Origin: Paramecium tetraurelia
Taxonomy: Eukaryota
Length of the DNA stretch: 64,000 nucleotides
Direction: 5' to 3'
NCBI GenBank assembly: GCA_000165425.1
Contig: CT868207.1
Coordinates: 806,001 to 870,000, forward strand
Shown here: piece by piece, positions 38,550 to 51,671 of the stretch
Position numbering within the stretch: the stretch's first letter is position 1
How the letters are laid out: every line of letters starts with the position of its first letter
Program-made: the position numbers and the translations under genes
The notes under the pieces: model-generated
The model's input: only the letters and a program-made list of their open reading frames with translations
Database searches by the model: none
What the model was told of the DNA's origin: nothing

Positions 38550-40902
38550 ATGAATAGAGAATAGGATTCTGCAAATTCATCGGCGGATAGCATCGAAATG
38601 AGATAGTTTGGTGATCAGCAGTTAGAACATGTTAATAATGGTGTTTAATTGCAGACAGCTAAATAGAAAGCATTGACAATATCATTAATAAGTACATATT
38701 CTGATTGAATTACGAAAAGAAAACAAGAAATAAGTTGAGGATATTTACGAGTATTACAAAAGCAATGAGATATAACCTGAAGAAAAATTGAAATTATTAC
38801 AAAAAGTATACAATGATGATGTGGTTGAACATAGTGCTGATTCAAAGGAAGTGAAATAAGCCTAATTGACATTGCCTGGCTTCTATAGAATGTGTAAATA
38901 AAGTGCAATATTTGAATAGTTCACGAATCGATTCCAATTTTCTATCCCAATACGCCAGGTTTATTATTTTGGAAGGGATGGGTCGCAACAATAATTTTGT
39001 TTTTCTTCTATGAAATACCAATCTATATTTCGTTTGACAAAGAAGTGTGGGATGTAAGGATTGATATAATTCGAGTTTGTACCTGAATGGACTATAATCC
39101 TGATTGCAGTCTTGGCCATTGTGACATTTACCTTGGATATGTGCCTGGAATTCCATATGGCTTACTATTCACATGGAAATCTGGTAGTCGATAGAGCCAA
39201 GATCGCTCATCGATACTTGCAAACTAGATTCTTATTTGATTTGATTGCAACTCTGGCCTTAATGATTCGATCGATTATGTAGACATATAGTGAGAGATGG
39301 TTGTATCTCTTTTTCTATTTGAAATACCCATCATTAACCAGAATATCATTTTAGTTTGGTGAGATAGTGATGCTTCATCGTCGAGTAAGAACGATATTTT
39401 AAATCGGCAAAGTGTTGGCAGTTTTATAATTCGTTTTTATTCTGTATGCATGCATTTGGTATTTGGCATGTTTGTATGCAACTAACAATGGATACAACTC
39501 TTGGTTGACTCATGAAGGCAATTTCGGATCAATAAGTGAACTGACTTAGATTTAAAAATTCTTCTACTCTTATTACTTCAGTGTAGGTACAACAACAACA
39601 ACTATGGGGTATGGAGACATGTAACCATTGAATACTTTTGAAGTGTTGGTTGGCATGGGAGGCATATTATTTTCAGTTCTCATCTTTGCAGTGATGGTCA
39701 ATATCATATTTAAAATATTAGAAGAATATGCTATCTATGATATCAAACGCTATCAACAACGATTGATAATCAATAGGTACATGATGGTTAAGGATGTACC
39801 ATAGTAATTAAGAGAACGTGTCAGGTAATATTTGAATGAACATTGGTTTTAAGAAGGTAACAGGGATATTCAAGGGGAATAAGAGATAATAGGGGAATTG
39901 GCACCAGAGTTGAAGGCTGAATTGCAATTGGCCAGTTGTGGGAAGATACTCTTATAGATACCACTATTTTGTGCAAACTTTTCAAGGGGATTTTTAAGGG
40001 AATTATCATCAACCATCTAGGAAATGAATTACGCAGAATATGAAATGATATTCTTGGGAGAGGATCCTCAATTTTTGGATGATCAATCAATATATTTCAT
40101 TAATTTAGGATAGATTGCCATATTCCCCAATAATTTCAACAAACAATTATAATTGAAGAAATTAGGAAAGGGAGAGTATTTTGGAGAGTACTCATTTCTT
40201 ACTGGATTTGAAAGAAAGGCATCTGCTTAAGCACTGCAATATAGTTAACTCTACAAGATAAGTAGAGAGGATTTCCTATGTACATTGGCTAAATTTTCTG
40301 AAGATTACGAGAAGTATTGGATGATTAAAGATAAGATTGAATTTTAGAAGGATTTCTCAGCTATAGGACAGTGTTATACATGCTAATCTACAACTCATTA
40401 CAGTACTGAATGTGAAGTGACTCATTTGGTGGTGGATGTGAATAAGTTGATTGTGTTTAATTAAGACCAACAGAATAGAGTGAAATTCAAGAGGAAGGAG
40501 AAGAAGAAGTGGCAGACTTTTGTGAGAATTGAATGCTTTAAGGGAGAGGAAGGAGAAGAGGTCAATCACTTATAAGTAGGTGTTAAGTAGGAGATGGAAC
40601 AGAAGTTGAAGGAAATTGATCACGTGCAGTAGGAACACTTGGATGATGATGAATTTAAGAAGTTTTAGAATATCTTAAAAACTAATTTTGATACTTATAC
40701 CAATCAATATGAGGTTAAGGAAGGTCTGCAAGGTATGGATTAGGCATTCTAATTTACAAATTATTTCACTGAAAACAATTACCTCAATCAATCGGAATTC
40801 ATCAACACTCAGGTTCAGATGAAGTAGCCGACTCGTGTGTCCATCATCCGTAGTAAATAGATATCACAATAGAGGAGTAGATAAGCATCTGTTTAATAGT
40901 GA
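38550..40902 (+). CDS. Cyclic-nucleotide-binding-domain K+ channel (EAG/HCN-like)
   Basis: Six TM segments, pore TTMGYGD, C-linker (INRYM..KDVP..LRERVRQYL) and CNBD (GEYFGEYSFLTGFERKASA). Confidence 0.92.
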
Positions 40903-40975
40903 TTTAAATTTAATTTATATTTGTAAATATAACATAGTTGGTAAATACAAATTTAAATTTATTATTTAACAATCT

Positions 40976-43803
40976 ATGAAATTGGTTTGTCGTTTGAGGC
41001 CATAACCAAATAATACTTCAACCAGCAGTATCAATTCCAGAAAGGAAGTAAGAACTAACATTTTTGCAGGTGTCTTATCAAATGAATGTATTTGCAAACC
41101 ATAATCCTATAGCTCCTTAGACAATTGTGGTCAGCTCAAGAAATGCTCTATCTCAAAAGATCATCTAAGAGTATCTCAAGAGTGACTCAGATATCATGAA
41201 ATAGCGATAATCAATTATTGAAAATGCAGATCTCTTCCAATTCGATTAAGTTTTTGGAGAGAAGGCCAATTAACAATTACTATACGATCAAATAATGGCT
41301 AGTAAGGTTAATGGATTGGTTTTGGGAAATTCAGGTACCTTACTTGTTGCTGGAGGACCTGAAAGTGGTAAGAAATACACTTTGAAAGGGGAGGACAAAG
41401 GCTAAGAGAAGGGTTTGGCTCTTTTGGTTGTTGAGAACACTTTGAACCTGATTGAGGGATCGAAGCAACTGAAAGGAAAGGGCAAACTGTTTTGCTCAAT
41501 TGCTTTGGTGAATAATGTCGAAACAGTTGACATGATAGGATCTACTCGAAGTTAGACTATCAAAACCACTTGGGTCAAAAGTGGAAGCGAGTTTAAAAAG
41601 ATGTTCAATTAGAGTCTATTTTAATATAAACAATATGTGAAGGAACATCCAGAAACAAAGAATTGTCATTTATTTTTGAAATTTATACTTTAGCATGATA
41701 AATAGGAGATATCTTAATTGCATTTAATTCTGCTCAACGAATTCAGAAGAGTGACATAAGAGGCCAAAGACTTTTAAGCCAAATTAAAATAATTATTAAT
41801 CCAATAGTAAGATTTATAAGAGAGAGAATTGGACACAAAGGCTCTTCAATAGTTATTCCTAGCATTAAGAGAGACTAAATTTAATAATATTACAGCTCTC
41901 TTTTGTGTGTCTTAAGTGCAGTAGGATCACATCACTGCTTATATGACATTACAATTTGCTGAAGAATTAAGATAGTCAGCAAAAGGGTAATAGAGTTAGA
42001 GAGTTGCCTTGTCTTAAATCGAGAATTAATCGAGGGCTCAATTGGGTAGGGATTATGGGTTGTAATAATAATAATAAGCCACGCCAAAGTTGTCTGTTAT
42101 TGATGAACAGCAATCTCGAATTATCAAGCCTGGGTCTGATCAACTTAACTACTCGAAGAGTTAAAGTATGATAGAGAGACAGCCCAGTAGATAGGAGGCT
42201 AATTTTACTAAGTAGTTCTAGGAGATAAAGGAATTACTAAAGGAGAAGGATGATTATAAGTATTTTGATAATTTAGATTGTTAGAGTGTTGAGGTTCGAA
42301 AAAGAACTAAGGAATTTGTATGATGAGAATACAAGATTGTAAAGTAAGGTGTATCAATTGGAAGATTCATTAAAGCATAGGGATTTGTTGATTTAATAGT
42401 TGGAGAATCACATTGATGAGAATAGAAGATAATTGGATTTGGACAATACTCAAGGACCATAGAGGAAGCAGAAGGATTACTAAGTCGGAGAATAGAATCA
42501 GACCCTCACTCAACTGAATTTATAATTGGTGCATAGCAATGAAGAGTGTGAATTGCAAAAGCAGAAGGTGAGGATGTTAGAGAACGAGATAGAGATGATG
42601 AAGGATCAGGAGTTCACGAACATCAAACACTATGAGAAGAGAGAGGATGAGTTTATGGGTCTAATATAATAGGAATAGGAGAGGAATAAGCAATTGTATT
42701 AGGAATTGGATTATTTTGCAGTTGAGTTGAAGGGCAGGGAACAGTAGTTGTAGGCTTCTGAGGACAATATCAAAACATTAAATAAGGTGATTGAGGAGCA
42801 ATGTAAGAGAGTGGATGATGAGAAGTAGAAGAGTAAGGAGTTGAATGAGTGCATTCAAGGTCTGAAGTAGAAGTAGGAGGAGTACATAAAAGAATGTAAT
42901 TTGACGGAATAGAGATTCACCAAATTGAAGGTGAGATTGGATACTGAAAATGCTTAATTGAAGGCGGAGAAGGAGAAGTATCACCAGTAGTACAAGGACA
43001 AGTTGAAGAAATATAAAATGGCTATGAAAATGTTAGAGTAGGAGAATGGACAGATGAAAATGGAGAGAGTGAAATTGCAAACAGAAAATGATCAATTGTA
43101 TGGGATATCTAAATAGTTGGAGAGTCAATTGGGAAGAGTAAATAGTGAGAGTACAGAAAGGAATGGGGGGAGGTAGGATCATTACGAGTAGGACAAGGTT
43201 AGATAATAGAATTTGCAGTTAAATAGTCAATTGAAGTAGGCTGATTATGAAGTAAGCATGATACAATAATTGTAGATCTAAGAATTATCTATGCAGTTGA
43301 ACAATGCGATTTAAGAGTTGGAGAGAGTGACTGCGGAGTATAATGGATTGCAAAAGGAGAATAAAAGATTGCAAAAATAATTGGAGGAGAAGCAATCTGA
43401 GGCCAAGTAGAACGAGTTTATGATTGAGAGAGTGGTGCAATTGAGTGACAAGTAGTTGGATGATTTGGAAGGGAAGTTCAATAAGTTGACAGCTTAGGTG
43501 AATGGATTGCAGCATGAGAAGAAGTCGCTGATGACAGAAAATCAGAGTTTGAAATAGTAATTGGAATAGTTGGAGGGAAATGACATTGTGTTGGAGAAAC
43601 GCATAGTGAAGTTGAAGAAGGAGAATAAGGATCTGAGCAATCAGATTACGCAATTGAATTAGAATATGAAGGAGATGATAGTGGAGAAGCATGGAGAGAT
43701 GAGAAGTCCTTCCTTCAATAGATTACAGCAGTAGTTGCAGAATCAATCCTATAGATCTTAGAGACTAATGGATAATGATGATGACAGCGATAGTGATATT
43801 TGA
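40976..43803 (+). CDS. Kinesin-like protein with a degenerate motor domain and long coiled coil
   Basis: LVCRLRP, FQFDQVFG..ANQ..LYD and P-loop-like GGPESGKKYT. No SSRSH or DLAGSE motif. E/K-rich tail. Confidence 0.75.
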
Positions 43804-43838
43804 AAATTAATTAAATAAGTTAGTATTATATATATAAT

Positions 43839-46800
43839 ATGCTAATAATTTTATTACTACTTCACTTAGGAAATTGTGGGTATGTTATAAAGAGATTACA
43901 AATATAGACACATATCGAGTTGGGATATCGAATTGGATTACACGAATGCCGGATATGCCAGTCGATTTACTATTCCCTTTAAATTGAGTAATCCATTGCC
44001 CAATTTTGGATACCTGAGGATCAAATTCCCATTCGCACTTCATTACACAAATACCAACAATGTGCCTGACAATGTGGTGGTCACATTCAAACAAGTAATC
44101 ATGTTAAGGGATGTATAATAGGCAAAAGGAAATTACCACTGCGGAGAGGAGAATGAGCAGAGTGCACAAGTGTTTGTCAACAGTGGAGAGAACAATGCTT
44201 ATTACGTGAATTTCGGAGTGGAATTAACATCTAATGAATACTATTATGTGATAGTCCAGATTAGTGGCAAGAATCTGAACATCCAGTCATCTGGAGTGAA
44301 GGAACCAATTCAATTGACTACAGTTACATCAATATCTGCGATTGCCATGATAATTGATTACACTCCCAATGGAGGAATCTTTGCCTTGGATCTGGAACCG
44401 AGTTCTGACATGAGAAGCCAGGTAAGTGAAACTGTGAATACAATGAATCAAATCTACAATGTGATTGTGGGAGTTTAATTTAAGAAATAAATGAATGAAG
44501 GAGCCAGAGTCTAACTGATCTTCAAATCTGATTTTACATTTGAAGGCACTTGCAAATTATAAAATGATATCCCCTATGAATGCACCTTGACTTCGTAGAT
44601 GGTTGTCTATTTAATAAAACAATACATCCTGGTGAATGATTGGTTCTATTTCCAAGTGAGTGTCAGAAATCCTTTGAGAGTCACTCTGCCTACTACTTTA
44701 GAAATCAGATCATTGCAACAATATTCAAACACCATCAACGAAAGAACAGTGACTGATGCTGTATTCCAAGTCAAACAAGTTTTATTGTAAACTCATAAAT
44801 TATACTTGGGTTGGGGTTTAGAATACTCCTCCAGATCATCCTCCTATTATCCTTTCCCCATCATGGTTTTCAGGGGAGATGCTAATGGCAAATACAATCC
44901 TTATAATGCATTCAAGTGGTAATTTGCCATGGCTTCTGATTTGCCTGAAGATATCCAATTACAAATTGAAGTGTCCACACCCATGAAATTCAAAAGTTAT
45001 TTAATGAGCATCAATCACAATCTACCATCCTATCCAGGAAAGGAAAGCAAATGCATCTTCAGTAATTCCAACAAGTTGTCTCAATCCAAAATAGTTTGTT
45101 ACAATATTGGATAACTGTATTTGTCAACCACTTATTATATTGGATGCAGAGCTACATTTCCGTATGATCAATTCAATCTTCCATTGGAATAATAGTTTGG
45201 TTCCATGAATATATATACAGTCAGCAATGGAATCAAAGATACTCTGTCAGTCATTGTTGAGTACAATTTTCATTATCTATCCTAGATCAAATCCAGTCGA
45301 ATACATCCAAACCAATAATAATCCTGATTGGTTAAACTCTGCCTACGATGGCACTGTTGTATCTAGTTAGAAAATGGACATATCCATTCTAAATGATCCT
45401 CTCACAAACACACTCGGAATCATCCCCAATCTAGATGATGGTGATATCGAATTGATAAGATTGAAATTCAATTTGGCCATTAGAATAGATAAAATTATCA
45501 CTCCAGCAGTCACTCCTGTCCTTGGAACATAGTAGCTACCATATAGTGCAGGTATTGTAATTATTGCCAATGAAAAAATCCTTATGTCATCAACAGATCC
45601 AGCCAATCTTGAATGTGCAACACTCTCTGGGTCTTAATTCTTTAAATACGACTACAAATCCTCCAACTTAGCTAACTTCTTGGCCATCACCGTAGCCAGT
45701 TCAGATGCCTAAGGTCTCCTTAACATGTTTGTTTACAACACCAATGAACTACAAACTAAATTCCTCTAATTCGCAATCAGCAACCTATAAGTCAAATTCC
45801 ATGCCTCCTTGTATCCAGATGAATATCTATTGGACTTTTACATTGGGTCATTCGATTAAATTGAAAGTACTTATCCAATATTCAAATAATCCTTCCTAAC
45901 CAATGCTTACACCATTACTTCTCCTGCTCCGTCTTACATAAAATTAGGCATAGTCAACTATTTTTCAAGTTCCTCATCAGGAAACACTGGGGATTACTTC
46001 CCCACCATGATTAGGCTATCTGGTTACTTCCAAGACACCGATGTAGAGAATGCTCAAACGAAGATTTCCCTATTCTTTACAAATCTTCAACCGATGTACA
46101 TTTCCTCTGACTTTGAAAATGATAACAGAGTGTATTGTAAATATACTGGATAAACTTAACCAACCTGTTAATACTACTCCTCAGGGTTGTTGGCAAATGG
46201 CTAATCGTATATCAATTACGAGAGATTGGATGTGGAGTTTGAATCTTTGCCAACCAACTCAGCTGATGCCTTCCAATTACTGATCCCTGTAAAGACCTTC
46301 GCATCCAACACTAAGGTGAGCTTCTTCCTCACAGCTGTAGTTGAGATCAATAACCTAATCCAAATAAGATCATCATTCAGATTGACTGGTAAGGATAACA
46401 TCAGCAGTGGATAATACGCATTCCCATTATCAGTGGCAGGATTAGGCAATGGATTCGCAAGAGCTGGTGTCTCTCCTGCATTAGAATCTGATGGTGTCAC
46501 TCCAATCCCATACTAATTACAAGTGAGTTCAGCCATCACAGTAGGCAAGAATAATACGGATCTGACATTTTTTATTGGTCACAACGACGTCAGTTTCATC
46601 AATATTAACACTGTTGCAAATGACAATCAAAATGGCGGTGGATTCACTCTGGTCTCCACTCAGCCATTTTACACCATTGATTCCACCATCAAAGCCCCAA
46701 TATCTGTTGATGCGTCGAAAGTCTCAGGATGTGTGACATTTGAGTATTTGACTAAGTTCGTTATATTTTGTCCCACTGATAAAACCAGTGATTCTCCACT

Positions 46801-49800
46801 AACAACCTTGACAATCAAAGCAGGCAATCTACCCTTCAATAATGGTGATAAACTACCTTACAGAACTGTCTATGCTTGGAGTGACAAAGTGAACGGCCTG
46901 GGAGTCTTCAAGGTAGATACTGATACCTTGATCACACTCAAAGGAGTAGTCAAAATATTATAGGTTTCTCCTAAACTTGAGATTGCGTAGAAACAACAAA
47001 GAATCTAAATCAAATTCTATACTACCAATCCAATTCCGAATCTAGCAACCATAAGATTAGAATTTCTAGAAACAACTCCAACAATTAATTTCGATGCCAT
47101 CAACAAAGGATCTCGATGTTCAATTGAAACAGCATTTTACGGATTGCTAAGTCACACTTGCACTGTTTCAAGATCCACTTCAGGTTCCTATGTGTACTTT
47201 TTATTCAAAATAAGTAATTGTGACAGTTGTCCATGGACAAATGGGCAATTTACACTCAACATTTGGGGATTGAATAGTTTGCACACTGGTGCTGTTTCCA
47301 AGTCTTAATTTAACATAAGAATAATGTCAGAATACTTGAACACCATCGATCTGTCCAAGGTTCAAGGGGCTATTGAATATGACGATAACCCAAATGTGGC
47401 TTATGTTGCCTTCTTTGGTAATCCGAAGTTCCAGTTCTACAACAGAAGAGCCAAAGGACAAATCAGTGTTGACTTCCAATTTACTCGTAGCATTTGGAAA
47501 CAGGAATATGTGTTGATCAATATCGGAGGATTTTTCGATGACAATCAAAGGAACCAGAAGAACATCATGTGTTAGGTCTAATAATAGGGACTGCCCTCAT
47601 ATGCTTTTGGACAGGCTGATTACACCCTGGATAGAGGGAGTTCAGTAAGTGGAATCAAGTTGTACCCCATTGATGACATAATTGGATCTTAGATATTCAC
47701 TTTGAAGTGTTATGGCATGGTCATACCATACAGTTTGAATCCAGAGCCAATGGATACCAGTCTTATCCTGTAGGGGACATATCTAATCATATAATAATCA
47801 GGCACCGTGTCATTGGACTCATTGTATGATGAAACCATTCTGCCAATAAAGAACATCTAATTGACTTAGAAACTCAATAACTTATGCGGATCAACCACAG
47901 ATTTCTTCATCAATGTCACGACTACTTTGATCGATGTCAAATTAGGCACTTCCATCTTTGTGGTGTTCCCAACTACTTATCCCTTCATTGTCTCGAGCAA
48001 TCTTACCTATTGTTCTTTGAATAATCTCTTTGTGGCATGTTCAGTCGATGTTGAAAACACAGTGATATTAGAAAATTTTGACATCTCCATACCAAGAGGG
48101 TAAGAGATGCAAATCAGAATTTATGGTGCTCAGAATTCAGCCATTTTCAACGATCAAGCAAATGAAATCTTCGTGGCCTTCACTAATAATGTAGATATTA
48201 CAGTCTTGGGTGAATATGGTGTGATCTATGATTTAAATGGATAGGATATGGTCACTACTCCTCCCAATAACATTCTAACCCTGTGGATTGATACCACCCA
48301 ATAATATATCAGGGCTTTCAGTACAATAACGTTTAAGGTATCTTTTCCAGCAGGAGCCATTGATGTCTCCAATTTAATCTAAGTCGATTTCCCACCTGCT
48401 TGGGACATGATCATAAATTACAAACTACCCACTTGTTCCCTCTATGATCAAAACAATCAGACCAATTATGCAAAGTCGTGTATAAATTTTGGAAACAGAG
48501 TTACCATTTCAATTAAACAAAGCGATTACATTGGCTCATAGTATTATTACCTGATCTTAGGCAATGTGCGTAATCCAGATTATGCCGTTTGTGGTATCAA
48601 CATGTGGACAATCACTGTTTTGAATTCAACATATGTGTTTGGCAGATCCCATGCTCCCAACTTCAATATCCCCATCTTTCCATTTATTTCCAATCCAAAT
48701 CAAGTGACACTTAAATGGATCGACATGAACACTCGACAAAGTATTAGGACATTGTAAGTAAAGACAGGGATATTTGATCAAGTGATAGGATTAGCTTCTG
48801 ATGCAGGTTTATTTCTGCGTACATTCCAAATCTATTGTGACAATCCTTACTTTATAGCCAATCCCACTAATACCATTGCCCCCATGGGTTAAGCTTATAC
48901 AACCTTTTCAATAGCAGGTACAAGCAAAGCACCTCAAGGATTGCAATTGATTGAATTTGCAAAAACAGATGATTTTGATAAACATACTCAATTGCCGTTT
49001 CTTAGAGTGTTCTTGTCATAAAAGTCTTGTATTTTGAACACTGAAATGAGTCTTTATTAATTGACTCTCGGAGGTCAAGCACTACCCATATTGTTCAATC
49101 TCACAGAGTGCCAACCAGCATCAAATCTTCGTATTGAGGCATCATCAGACACAGACAAAATATATTTCAAGAGTAAATCATCGATTACGTTTGGTCTGAA
49201 TCAAAAAGTAGGAGCCTTTCTTTTAGCATCCGAAGACAGTGGAATAAGTGTAGGTGATTCAGGATTGATTACATTCCAAGTGTCAGGATCATATTAAAAA
49301 TATTATACAACTGTAGATCCTATCAGTTACAGAATTATTGATATTAATAAAAAGAGACCAACATCGAGTCTCTACAGTGTGGATCGAGGATCCAACTATG
49401 TCAAATTCATGGTGTCTTGTAATCAATATGCAGTTGTTTATTATTACATTTCAATAAAAGGATCTGAAATTTTATACTCAGAAGAAATCTAAGCAAGAAC
49501 ATTTCTTTGGACTGAACCATCCATAGATGATTATTATCATCAATTCTTTGGATTAAAGAATGTGTTTGTTCCACTGAAGAATTACACAGTCATTGTAAGT
49601 GGACTCAGACCAGCTACAACGTATAATATCACAACTGTGTGCAAAAACGTTGAAACCAAATTCAGTGTGGCCACAACTCTTTTACAAACTACAAAATCCA
49701 ATAACGGTAAGTCTTTCTATCTCGATTTCATTTTTGATAGTGAAATTGATCTAGAATTCTCTACCAGTATCACATGCTTCTTGACTCAACAATTCAAAGT

Positions 49801-50479
49801 GCCAGCCAGACTCATTCGTAACTCAATCAACACTTGGTGTTCCTTACAAAGAAGACGTCTGTTGAGTACAACAAGTAGTAATACTTATAATGAGAAGAAT
49901 GTGAGGATGTATGTCAGCTTAATCGACTTTGAATTACAAGACACTGTCACTGCCTCCTTACTTACCAAAGGAATCAACAAGACTTAGTTTATATCAGATT
50001 TATACGATCAAGTCGCTGGATTGCCTAATTTAGTTAAATTGTCTGATTTAACTGCCCTATCCACCACGATCCCTATATTTTAATATGAAGTCAATCTCAA
50101 CGTCAGCACAAACTCAATCTTACTGTATAACATCTCCTTGGACTAAGAGGGCTTTGTCTACTGTATGGTTGATTTCATCAACAGAACCAAGATGCCCACC
50201 TTCTACGATTTGAGACAAGGCAATGCCCTAAGAAAACCAGAAAATTCGACGTATTATGAAAGACAGCGATTCAACAAATCAACCACACTCAATTTCACCT
50301 TTGATGGTCTCACTCATTATACTAACTATTCAATCTTCTATTATGCGTCCAATGATGATCCAAGCGAGCATTAAATGAGGACTTAAGTTTACGAGATCAA
50401 ATTTAGAACCACTCCCAAATATGAAATGTGGGCCATGATAATACTCAGCATCTTGAGCATGAATATTATTCTTTTATGA
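43839..50479 (+). CDS. Giant (~2200 aa) secreted or surface protein, probably GPI- or tail-anchored
   Basis: Signal peptide MLIILLLLHLGNCG, beta-strand-rich body, RRRLL motif, and a hydrophobic C-terminus (WAMIILSILSMNIILL*). Confidence 0.8.
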
Positions 50480-50574
50480 AAAGAACAAATGTTTTTATTA
50501 TAAAATAGTCATTAAAATTGTTCAATGGATATATACATTAAATTTAAATTGTGAACCAAAAATAAACAAATTAA

Positions 50575-51566
50575 TCAATGCTTCTCAAACACATGATGAA
50601 GCAAATCCTACACCAACAATATGATTATCGACTAAGGAGCCACTCTCGCAAAATAAACAGGCAATCCCACCCACAACCCTGATATCTTCTCTCTTTGAAT
50701 AGTCTTCAGAAAACAATCAGCAACTCCTGAATACGGGTACTTTCCATTCGCATCCACCTTCATCTTCTAAAGTTTGGTCTTCATATTGTCGAAAGGTAAG
50801 GATAACACAGATGTGACTACACCAGCTCCAACAGATGCCCTATTAATTAATATTTTCTCTATTTACATGATTCGATCAGGCATAGTCTCCTTCTTTCTTA
50901 AGAATATTTTCATACACCATTGCTTAATCTCATCGTAAGTTGTCAATTAACCCACTGTTATTGCAATTGCTCTTAATACTGTGGGTGTTGACCCTCTCCA
51001 TAAAGTGGGCAATCCCTCCTCCTTCGTTATTCGATATAAAGCATCAAAAGCGTTTTTGTAATTTCTGCGTTCTGCTACTGGCAGAGTTGCATCCGCCTAA
51101 AATCTTACCAAACAAATATCTGTAGGATTGCCAATCAAAGCTCCACACAAACCAGAAAAAGATGATGCACCCACTTTCTCCAAGAAACTCAGATCTCCTA
51201 AACAAGTTATGGAATTTACTCTTACTTTTTTGATTGATCTTAACCTCATCTACAATCACCTTGTAAATTCCCAGTCGAGCAGTGGCATAAGTCAATTGTC
51301 TCAACATCGCAGATCCCAACCTATAATAGCATTTTTAAATACCCTTGATAGAACCCTTTCAATCCCTCCACTCTGTGCATCTCCTTTGCCACTTCAATTG
51401 GAGAAACCTTCGTTGAACCATGACTTATCCCTTTGCTCTCGCTATAAATCTAGAGTCTGACCTTCCATGTATCCAAAGGCATGATAATTGCAACCGCTGT
51501 GCATCCTGAGATGCCTCCAAAGAGGAATGGCTTTATGTAAGATGCTTTATTATTTGAATTAGACAT
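50575..51566 (-). CDS. Mitochondrial carrier, 2-oxoglutarate/malate (SLC25A11/DTC-like)
   Basis: PLDTWKVRLQ, GFYQGLGSAMLRQLTYATARLGIY, PFDNMKTKLQKM and YFARVAPQ motifs. Confidence 0.9.
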
Positions 51567-51671
51567 ATATAAATATTAATTCTGGCATTTATTATAATTT
51601 CTGCGACCTTTCAGCATTGATCTCATTTATCATTGCAAAACCACAAAATCAATAGTTAAAGACTATCCAAT

